Of a DNA stretch of 64,000 bases, positions 11,862 through 23,155 are shown in pieces. The number at the start of each line of letters is the position of its first letter. Position 1 is the stretch's first letter. The stretch comes from Octopus sinensis. Its lineage: Eukaryota. The position numbers were made by a program, and so were the translations under genes. The notes under the pieces are model-generated. The model searched no databases, had not been told where the DNA came from, and saw only the letters and a program-made list of their open reading frames with translations. Location of the stretch: positions 35,464,001-35,528,000 of the forward strand of contig NC_043007.1 in assembly GCF_006345805.1 (NCBI RefSeq), read 5' to 3'.

Positions 11862-12294
11862 GGATCTTTTCAGTTTGAACGGCAGTTTTTTCTAGCGGTG
11901 TCATATGAAATTGTCACCCATAATTATGACCCTAGTATCGATTTATTGCATTTCAATCTGTTTTAGAGTTAGGGTTAGTTAGGGTTAAGGTTAGGGGTGG
12001 GGGGAAGAGTATCTTTTTTTATTCACAAATGTAAATAAACCCAATCTGTTTCTTAAACGAGGGACATATTCATACGGCACAGAATGTTTTTTTTACCTCG
12101 ATAGACGTCAGTGATTGGTTGAAATTGCAGAAATTGAAAAAAAAAAAACAAGTATCTGACAAACTATAGAATTTTCTCAATAAAGCCAAGAGAAAAAGAT
12201 GTTTTATAAATGCATTCTACCAGTATACGAAGTTTAAGATTTTTTAGTTACCTAGAAATTATGTTAGAAACTGCCGTTCAAATCGAAAAGATCC
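11862..12294 (+). mobile_element. Merlin-type MITE with internal TTAGGG repeats, copy 1
   Basis: ~28-bp imperfect TIRs GGATCTTTTC..GTTTGAACGGCAGTTTT; 8-bp TSD gtgatttt (11854-61, 12295-302). Confidence 0.85.
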
Positions 12295-12577
12295 GTGATT
12301 TTTCCGAAAGTATTATCATGAACAGGGAACGAATAGGGAATGAACGAAGTATGTTACGGGATTACAGATTAAAATTTTGCGAACACGGTCAGTTATAATG
12401 GGAAAGTGGGTTTACTTTGGCCTCACACTGCTTGTGCACCCAAACGCACGCACGCTCGCACGCTGACACATACTAGCGCGCGCATGCACACACACACACA
12501 TACACACATGGAGGTTTGTTTGAACGATAATTTCACACCCTATGTGTGTGTGTGTGTGAGTACGTGTGTGTTTGCGT

Positions 12578-12860
12578 GAGAAAGAGAGAGAGAGAGAGAA
12601 GCAGGGAGAGGGAGAAATAGAGGGAGAGAGAAACAGAGAGGAAGGAAACACAGAGAGAGAGAGAAAGAGAAACAGAGAGAGAGAGAGGGGGGAGAGAGAG
12701 GGAGAGAGAAACAGAGAGAGAAGGAAAGAAACAGAGAGAGACAGAGAGAGAGAAACAAAGAGAAAGAGAGAGAGAGAAACAAAGAAAGAAAGAGAGGAGA
12801 GAGAGAGAAAGAAAGAAAGAAAGAAAGAAACAGAGGAGAGAGAGAGAGAGAGAGAGAGAA
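12578..12860. repeat. (GA)n/(GAAA)n polypurine tract
   Basis: Directly visible. Confidence 0.95.
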
Positions 12861-13147
12861 TACGTAGATATACACGGCTTCGATTCACAACTTTAAGCGT
12901 ATTGATAATCTTTTAATTTAATTACTTAATTGTTTTAATTAATAACTGAAATGCACATTTTAACACCTCTCTCCCCCCCTCTCTCTCTCTCTCTCTCCGC
13001 TTTACCATTACAAATCAATGAATCTACGTTAGCACGTGCGGTTGAGTACATGCCCGAACACATCCATCCATCAATTCATACATACATATACACATATATA
13101 CATACATACATACATACATTCATACATACATACATACATACATACAT

Positions 13148-13311
13148 AATGGCTGTGTGGTTTGGAAGTTCGCTTTGCCACGACGTGGTTTCAGGTTCAG
13201 CCCCACTATGTGGAACCTCAGGGAATTATCATTTACTATAACCCCAGCCAATGCTTTGTGAGGGAATTTGGTGGACGCCAACCATCTAGAAACCCGTTGT
13301 ATGTATATATT

Positions 13312-13360
<49 letters not shown>

Positions 13361-13425
13361 ATGTGTTAAGGCAGTGATCCAGCTTGGCCGCATTCAAATG
13401 ACTGAAACAGGTAAAAGAGTAAAAG
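13148..13425 (+). mobile_element. SINE family C, diverged and internally deleted
   Basis: ggctgtgtgg...ttcagccccactatgtgg head and caaatgactgaaacaggtaaaaga tail. Confidence 0.7.
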
Positions 13426-13427
13426 AA

Positions 13428-13463
<36 letters not shown>

Positions 13464-13467
<4 letters not shown>

Positions 13468-15147
13468 AAAGTTTCAAATCGGCGTACAAAAGTTTCAAAT
13501 CGCCTAAACAAACAAATTGAAAGCAGTGAAAAGTCCCGCCTGAAAATAAAACTGTTGGAAATTGAAAAATGTCTGCAACTCTCCCATGAAAAAGAAAGAG
13601 CAGACAAAGAAGCCTGGGCTATAGACAACATAAAATCTAACCCCAGAGCTTTCTACAGGTATGCCAAAGAAACAGCTACGGTGCACTGTAGGATAGGGCC
13701 ACTCCTTGAAAAGGATGGCACACTCACAGGAAATCCAATGAGGGTAAGTGAAATACTAAATGAGCAATTCAAGAGTATTTTCACGCCACCCCTTGGGCAT
13801 TTTCAAGTCAGCAATCCAACTGACTTCTTTACCACTGCAGATATAAAATCGGAGGCAGCAATGATTGATTACATCAATACAAAGGAAGACGATGTAATAA
13901 AGGCTATTGATGAAATGAAAACAAACTCAGCTACTGGCCCCGATGGATTCCCAGCAATCCTTCTGAAAGCGTGTAAGAGAGTCCTAGCAAGACCACTGCA
14001 GTTCCTCTTTCAGAGCTTCCTTGCAACTGGAAAACTTCCAAGAAAACTGAAGGAAGGTAAAATATGCCCTATTCATAAAGAAGGTAGCAGAGCGGAGGCC
14101 AAGAACTACAGACCTATCTCTCTGACCTCACACATCAGCAAGGTCATGGAACGAATAGTCAGAAGGAAACTAATCACCTTCCTTGAAGAAAATGACTTGC
14201 TGCCTGACACCCAACATGGTTTCCGACCAGGAAGAAGCTGCTTAACTCAGCTCCTACAACACTATGACTGGGTGCTGAAACGACTGCTCAACCACTCAAA
14301 TGTGGAAGTTATATATCTCGACTTTGCAAAGGCCTTTGATAAAGTCGATCATGGAATGCTATGTCACAAACTGCGTGATCTTCGCATAGTTGGAAAATTG
14401 GGAGAGTGGCTTCATGACTTTCTGAAGGATAGAAGTCAGGTGGTAGTAGCCAACTCTCCCATGAAAAAGAAAGAGCAGACAAAGAAGCCTGGGCTATAGA
14501 CAACATAAAATCTAACCCCAGAGCTTTCTACAGGTATGCCAAAGAAACAGCTAACACGCAAATAGTGAGCGGTGTTCCGCAGGGCACTGTTTTGGGACCA
14601 CTACTGTTCATAATGGCCCTCTCAGACATGCCCTCAGCCACGATCACAAGTTATGCAGATGATACAAAAGTTTCACAGGCAATACAGAACCCTGAAGACA
14701 CTAAGCACCTGCAATGTGAGCTGGACAAAATATACAAGTGGGCTGAAAAGAATAGCATGCAGTTCAATGCTGAAAAGTTTCAAGCTCTATGCTATCAGCA
14801 CGCAAAACTAAATGCAATACCCAATAAATACACTGGACCTGGAGGGACTGCAATTCCAGAGGCACAATCAGTGCGAGACCTGGGTATTTACATGAGTGAT
14901 GATGCAACCTTTCATGTGCATGTTGCTAAATTGGCAATGAAATGTAGGCGGCTGACCGGATGGATTCTTAGAACCTTCAGGACAAGAGACCAGGAAACCA
15001 TGATGGTCTTCTGGAGGACACTTGTCCTAAGCCACTTTGACTATTGCTCTCAGCTATGGTCACCATCCAGTGTCAAGTTAATCACAGAACTTGATGCGAT
15101 CCAACGAAGCTACAGGAAGAAGATAGCCTCTGTGCAGCATATAAGCT
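13464..15147 (+). pseudogene. CR1/L2-group LINE ORF2 (RT), truncated at both ends and disrupted by a 103-bp insertion
   Basis: ORFs 13555-14499 and 14565-15149 carry PGPDG, KNYRPISLTS, QHGFRPGRSC, YLDFAKAFDKVDH, GVPQGTVLGPLLF, YADD (14652-63), RDLGI, DYCSQLWSP. Confidence 0.95.
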
Positions 15148-15467
15148 AATATATATATATCCATATATAATCCAAGGAATATGGGGATGAAAAACATCCA
15201 ATCTTTCACTGGCTCTTCAGAGAAAGAACTTTACAAATTACATGGTTATATATTACATTATAAAAATTAATTGTAAATGGAGATGTATAATAATTGGCAA
15301 TTCAAAAATTAAAATTTAAAATTCATTAGCATAATGGTATGTTATATTATATTCTTATAATAATACAATATAATGCAATTTAACCAGTAATAAATATTAA
15401 ATATAAATCTCATACAAATTTACTTATATGTATTATGTATTCTTCTGTATGTATGTATGTATGTATG

Positions 15468-15499
<32 letters not shown>

Positions 15500-15643
15500 T
15501 GTATGTATTATGTATGTATGTATGTATGTATGTATTCTTATGTGTATATATATGGATATATATGTATATATTATCTGTGTATGTATATGTCTAAATATAA
15601 GTATATATGTATCAATGTATGAATGTATGGGTATGTCTATAGT

Positions 15644-16043
15644 GTGGAGGTGCAATGGTCTAGTGGTTAGGGCAGTGGACTCGCGGTCATAGGATCGCGG
15701 TTTCGATTCCCAGACCGGGCGTTGTGAGTATTCATTGAACGAAAGCACCTAAAGCTCCATGAGGCTCCGACAGGGGGGTGGGGTGGTAGCGAACCTTTGT
15801 GTACTCTTTCACAACAACTTTCTCTCACCCTATCTTCCTGTTTCTGTTGTACCTGTATTTCAAAGGGCCAGCCTTGTCACATTCTGTGTCACGCTGAATC
15901 TCCCTGAGAACTACATTAAGAGAATTACATTAAAGGTACACGTGTCTGTGGTGTGCTCAGCCACTTGCTCGTTAATTTCACGAGCAGGCTGTTCCGTAGA
16001 TCGGATCACCTGGAACCCGCGTTGTCGCAACCGACAGAATGCC
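15644..16043 (+). mobile_element. SINE family B (B head, tail 1), full length
   Basis: A box tggtctagtgg, B box ggtttcgattcc; tail matches 10911 and 19891. Confidence 0.9.
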
Positions 16044-17440
16044 ACGATGGCTATATTTATTATATATATATATATGTGTGTGTGTATGTGTGTGTGTGTG
16101 TGTGCGTGTGCGTGGGTGCGTGCGTGTGTGTGTGTATGTGTGTGTGTGTATTGTATGAATTACAATATATTATATTCCTCTAAGATAAGTAATTTTAATT
16201 TAATATAGGAAAAGTGTAATTATAATAATAATATTGAAATTTTAAAAAAATTAAAGTTATTTTATATTGAATAATCCTAAATGTAATTAAATTAATTTAT
16301 ATTAAATTTTATAGTACATTCTATTCCAAATACTTCTAGCATTATATTGTCTAAGCATTGAATTATAAACGTATTGATATAAAGTGAATTAGTTCCCCGA
16401 GAAATAAGAAATTTTTATTTATTTATATATAAAAATGAGTTTAGATTAAAATTCTTCTTGTATATATAGTATTTATTGTACACCGTCCCTTCTCTTCTTC
16501 CGTATGTACAAATACATATAAACATCACGATAAGATTTTTCCTTTGAAAAAAACTAAGTCATCTGAATTTTAATTTTAATTGTGATTGTTTTTTTAGTAT
16601 GGAAATGAGTAACTATCAAAAGGATTTTTTGAAGTCCTTATGATTAAATTTGTTTTGGATAACTGCTTAATTCAGCCTTTATTTAACATCTACGGTAATA
16701 ATGTTATTATGATATTATTCTTTAGAAAGCTTCTTTCTTATATAAACTACATAATTTTTAATTTTAATCTTTAATTTTTAGTAATGATTATTATAAATAA
16801 TTAATGTAATCTAACTTCTAATATTATTTACTATTTGACTAGAGATGATATAGTATTTTGAATATATTATTTTGTTACTTACCAATAGATAAATAGCGTA
16901 TTATTTTTTAAATAAAAACCTGTATTTTAATAAGAAAGAATAAAATGGATATTGCTTGTTTAGCCATGGTCTTTTTTGAATAGTTTTGTTCAAAAGAAAT
17001 TTTTTCCTGGTATATAAAAACTAAAACGCTAAGATATATTTAGATTAGAATACTTAATAGCATACAAGTATATTTTAAACAAAGAGATTTAAATTCAGTT
17101 TTATTAGATATGTGAATCCTGATATACATAAGAAATTACACTGAAGAGGTTCTTGACCAAAAAACAATAAACTTCTATAATTTTATTATGGCAAAGAATT
17201 GAAACATTTGTATGTACTTTATATTTAATATTCATAACTTATTATATTGTATTATATTGTATTTTTATAAGAATATAATATAATATACTATTATGCTTAT
17301 AAATTTCAAGTTTTAAGTTTTGAATTGCCAGTTGTTATACATCTTCATTTCCTGTTATATATATATATACATACATACACATATATGTATATATATATGT
17401 ATATATATATATATATAATATATATTATATATATATATAT

Positions 17441-18347
17441 ATGTTAATAAAATAGAACATATGCATATATATAAACATATATGTACGTACCTACCTCTAC
17501 ATGTACATATACACGCATATATGTGTACAGGACACCAAAAAGACGTCGAACACATAGAGAGACGAAAAACATAGACACAAACCAAGGAACAAGACAAGCA
17601 AAAAAGAGATACAGGACAATAAGCACAACGAAAAATCCCCTTCTTCAGTCGCTAAGGTTTCATCTACTAAACGTTTCGAAGGATAAAAGCGAGACGTATA
17701 CTTCGAAGAAAACTTCCTTCCTGCGAAAAGCAAATCAATTAAAATTCTGAGATCTTTTCGCAGAGGGGTAAAAAAAAGCAAGACGGTAACGACAGTACAA
17801 ACATATAAACAGTAAAAAATATATATATAAACAGTGGAAAAATAAATATATAACAGTGAGAGACAGGACAAGGAGAACAAGATAAGAAGGGCTGTTAACG
17901 CCAGACGAAAAAAGTATTGCAAACGCTGGATTAAAGTGGACGACGAGAGAGAAAAAATGTCGACCAGTAGCCTTAGAAGGCGGGCGAGAAAAGACAGGAT
18001 AGCAGTTACGACGGAAGTATCGTCGCAGATGGACGACGGGAATGGGGGAGGAGGAGCAAGAGGAAGAGAGAGAAGAAGGGGAATGGTGCGAGGAGACCAT
18101 GAAGAATGGTGAAAGGGAGAGAGAGAATGAAGAATGAGAGAGAGAGGAAGAGACAAGTCAAGTGAGGGAAAAAAGACGAAAAAGGAATGGAGAGAAAGAA
18201 AGAAAGATGCAGAGTCGCGTGAGAGTTAATATCAAGGCTAACTTGATAAACAGAACAATCTTACTTAATAGGGTGCGTGCGTTTAGTCGTATAATATGTT
18301 AATAAAATAAACATATGCATATATATAAACATATATGTACGTACCTA
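17441..18347 (-). mobile_element. PLE-like non-autonomous element with 52-bp terminal direct repeats
   Basis: Repeats at 17441-17493 and 18296-18347 (one indel); left part homologous to 1190-1452; embedded in (TA)n. Confidence 0.55.
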
Positions 18348-18355
18348 TGTATATA

Positions 18356-18432
<77 letters not shown>

Positions 18433-18479
18433 CATATATATATATACATACATATACATACATACACATATATGTATAT

Positions 18480-18519
<40 letters not shown>

Positions 18520-18522
<3 letters not shown>

Positions 18523-18685
18523 GACGGGTTTCTTTCAACTTCCGTCTACCAAATCCACTTACAAGGCTTTGGTCTGCCCGAGGTTATAGTAGAAGACACT
18601 TGTCCAAGGTGCTATGCAGTAGGATTGAATGCAGAACCATGTGGTTGGGAAGCAAGCTTCTCACCACACAGCCACGCCTGCGCCT
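18520..18685 (-). mobile_element. SINE family C, 5' half
   Basis: Matches 4150-4313. Confidence 0.85.
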
Positions 18686-18813
18686 TATAATAAGTGTTTG
18701 TGTGTGCATTTTATCTTTAAAAATAAGTACTAGGTTCGATTTGCCTGCCTTTTCACGGCGATGATCCTGCATGGTCACAGCCGAGTGGCTGAAATAAGCA
18801 TATGTAAAGACTG

Positions 18814-18906
18814 ATACATACATGCATAAATACATACATACATACATACATACATACATACATACATACATACATACATACATACATACATACATACATA
18901 CATGCA

Positions 18907-18940
<34 letters not shown>

Positions 18941-19020
18941 CATACATACATACATACATACATACATGCATGCATGCATACATACATACATACATACATA
19001 CATACATACATACATACATG
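18814..19020. repeat. (TACA)n microsatellite
   Basis: Directly visible. Confidence 0.95.
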
Positions 19021-19288
19021 TGTGCATACACTAACATACTCATTAAGCTGATGGTAGTGTTGCAGTGTGTCTTACTAATGAAATTTAATAATTGCTGGGT
19101 GAAAATTGCTGGCTTCAGGTCAATTACAATTGTTGAAACATGGACATAATTTGAAAGTGTGTGAACGAAATTAGTGAAGTGGTTATATGTGAAACGCTTG
19201 GATAAACCAATTAGGGAAGAACCTAGAAAGGTGCAGATATGTGGTCGATCTGCCTGCAAATAATAGCGATGGAAACCTCTTGTAATCA

Positions 19289-19522
19289 ATAAGGCGCGAG
19301 CTGGCAGAAACGTTAGCACGCCGGGCGAAATCCCTAGCGGTATTTTGTCTGCCGCTCCATTCTGAGTTCAAATTCCGCCGAGGTCGACTTTGCCTTTCAT
19401 CCTTTCGGGGTCAATAAAATAAGTACCAGTTACGCACTGGAGTCGATCTAATCGACTTAATCCGTTTGTCTGTCCTTGTTTGTCCCCTCTATGTTTAGCC
19501 CCTTGTGGGCAATAAAGAAATA
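19289..19522 (+). mobile_element. SINE family A monomer, young
   Basis: Perfect 18-bp TSD ggaaacctcttgtaatca (19271-88, 19523-40). Confidence 0.95.
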
Positions 19523-19890
19523 GGAAACCTCTTGTAATCACACATTATCGTTCTTAAATGGAGCGGATGCATAGGACAATGAGAACTCTGATATTAGAAA
19601 TTGATTATGTAGTTACGGCTGGCTTCGATGTCTTTGCTCATTGATCTGATCGATCAAAGATTATCTAGCGCTACACAACAACGACGACAGAAATAGCAAA
19701 AACAACAACAAACAGAACAACTAGAATTTCGCTGACGTATGTTTTCAACTTCTCCCGCTGGACTCCGGAGAGAAATTTTATATAGGTATTTATAAGTATT
19801 TTGATGTTATGTCGGATGAACCGGATATATTTGTAATGTCTTCAAGATCTGTCTGGCATTTACACATATACCGCACCCCACACATGCATA

Positions 19891-20273
19891 GAAGCACTCC
19901 GTCGGTTACGACGACAAGGGTTCCGGTTGATCCGAATCAACGGAACAGCCTGCTCGTGAAATTAACGTGTAAGTAGCTGAGCACTCCACAGACACGTGTA
20001 CCCTTAACGTAGTTCTCGGGGATATTCAGCGTGACACAGAAAGTGACAAGGCCGGCCCTTTGAAATACAGGTACAACAGAAACAGGAAGTAAGAGTGAGA
20101 GAAAGTTGTGGTGAAAAAGTACAGCAGGGATCACCACCATCCTCTGCCGGAGCTTCGTGGAGCTTTAGTTGTTTTCGCTCAATAAACACTCACAACGCCC
20201 GGTCTGGGAATCGAAACCGCGATCCTATGACCGCGAGTCCGCTGCCCTAACCATTGGGCCATTGCGCCTCCAC
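19891..20273 (-). mobile_element. SINE family B (B head, tail 1)
   Basis: Near-identical to 10911-11262. Confidence 0.9.
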
Positions 20274-20804
20274 ACACATACATATATATATATACACGCA
20301 TGCACAAGAATAAAGTAGATTATTTTGTACATTAAAAGCCGTAGACATTCCACATCTTAAAAATTTTCATACTTGCAATTTTATTAATAAATTTATAGAT
20401 CTTCCTAAAAATTATTTCGTTACTATACAGAATTGGAATATGGTTGCCATTGTTTGCTGCAGCTAAGGAATTTGGTTTCCTGCAATTAAAAACTTCGATT
20501 GTATCTCCGATTTTGTTCCATATCTTGATGTTGTTTAAAATGTTACACCCGAAAACAGAGGCGCCGTGACAAACGTTTAACAAACTCTTTCGAAAGTGAA
20601 GGTAGCCAATTAAGTCAGTCCAGTGTGTGAATGGTACTTGATCTATAAACTACAGAAGTATGAAAGCCAAAAAGAAAAACAAAGCAAACAAAAACCACCA
20701 GTAAGATTTTAAAATGGTACAAACCAAAATTTATCTTTGGACTTGAACAAATCCGTCTGGATAACATAACAGGAGCAACAGCAACAATAACATGCGGGCC
20801 ATCT

Positions 20805-21144
20805 CCATTAGGAATGCTGAAAAATGAAGTTAAATGTTTCCAGTGTCAAGGAGTGTTTTTTGATAAAATTTACTTCCTTAAAACACAAAAATAGTAACCA
20901 AATAATTTCTGTAACAATTACCTCCCAGAGAGAAATACACAAACCAACCAACCAACCAATCCATTAGGAATGCTGAAAAATGAAGCAACTCCAATGATAA
21001 ACAAGTTAAATGTTGCCTATGTCATGAAGTTTCTTTCATAAAATTTACTTCCTTAAAACACAAATGTTAAAATTTCTAAATAGTAACCAAATAATTTCTG
21101 TAACAATTACCTCCCAGAGAGAAATGCACAAACCAACCAATCAA
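20805..21144. repeat. Local tandem duplication (156 bp + 184 bp)
   Basis: Both units start ccattaggaatgctgaaaaatgaag and end aaaccaaccaa; the first has two internal deletions. Confidence 0.9.
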
Positions 21145-22074
21145 TCTTCACACTTACATCATTTTGTGAACATTACAGCATAAGTTATACAAATTTCTGT
21201 ACTAACAGCACCATGCCATGCTTGAATGATAACCACCTTTACCAAACAAACAGGTGAAATCTCTTTAACAACATCAGCAAGTAAAGAAACCTGCCGATCA
21301 ATTAAACTTATCACCTGCTTACATTGTTTTATGAACACTTAAAACTCTGAGATATAAAAACTAACACACCGAAATAAACACGCCTGATTACAAAGCTTTA
21401 AATGCATTAGTATTCAAATAAAACTGCCAACAATTAAAACTAGTGACATATCTGCAGACCAACCAACCCATTTACCTACCTACATTATTTTGAGGACCCA
21501 AAATTATAGCAACCCATAACCTGAAGCTGACACTCCTAAATAGACACTCCTGATGAGAAGGTTCTACAAGCATGAATAAATTCAGAACAATAGCACAAGT
21601 CAAAATTCAATCAATATAAGTTTTTCATAAAGCGTCTCCATCACAAGCTACCTGAAACTTGATTATCATTCCACAGATCTCCACCTGCCCCAGAAAATTT
21701 AAACTTAACAGAGATGATATAAAGCTAGTATGAACTCAAATGTTCAACAGTCCGATGTCAATATTATTCGTGTTAAAGAATGATAAATTTACACTTTAAG
21801 AAATACATTGAGTAATCTGATTTTAATGTAAAAAAACAATTACTTATATATGTATATATATATATATATATATCATTACATATATATACATACACATGTA
21901 TGTATATAAAAATATACATATACATATATGCATATATATTTACACATATACATATACGCATGTGTGTAAATACATACACACACATATATTCATATATATA
22001 TACTGTATATATATATACAGTATATTTGTGTGTGTATATATATGTAAAATACACACACACACACACAGCATAGG

Positions 22075-22290
22075 CATAGGCTCATACGGCCCCGGTTTCC
22101 CTGATTCTCTAGCGTTGATATTCACCCCCTCGTCCGTTGCAAGATGACACAGTTTTGCCTGTTGAGTGGATTGGGGTAACGTAAAATGAAAGTCTATTGC
22201 TCAAGAACATAACGATCGCCCGCGCCAGGAATAGTAACCATGATCTTACGATAACGAGTGCAATACCATAACCACCAAGCCACGTGCCAC
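22075..22290 (-). mobile_element. SINE family D (D head, tail 2), diverged
   Basis: Minus strand gtggcacgtggcttggtggtta...aaaccggggccgtatgagcc. Confidence 0.7.
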
Positions 22291-22359
22291 CACATATATA
22301 TATATACATACATACATACATACATACATACATACATACATACATACAGACAGACAGAC

Positions 22360-22390
<31 letters not shown>

Positions 22391-22709
22391 TACGTACATA
22401 CATACATACAAACACACAGAGGTTATTGGAGAAAACCAAACAGTTAACATTATCCATTAACAAAACATAAATATTTATGTGATTGTATTACTTATGGCCA
22501 AAAGGTATAATAAACAACAGAAACTAGAATAAGAATGAGAAACTTGAGATACGGGATGTATACATAGGTACTGGAAGAAATATATTATAACACACATAAG
22601 TATTTCATGGCAGCAAACATATCTATAAATTATGCGTGTATGTGTGTGGGAAGAGGTACGCGTGTGCATGTGTGTATGTATGTATATGAACGTAACTACA
22701 CTTATGTAA

Positions 22710-23155
<446 letters not shown>

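Noticed and set aside
11965-12005. Telomere or chromosome fusion site (TTAGGG)
   Set aside because: Only a few units, at the same position inside three MITE copies.
16200-17350. Mitochondrial insertion (NUMT)
   Set aside because: AT-rich, but no mitochondrial protein, rRNA or tRNA motif recognised.
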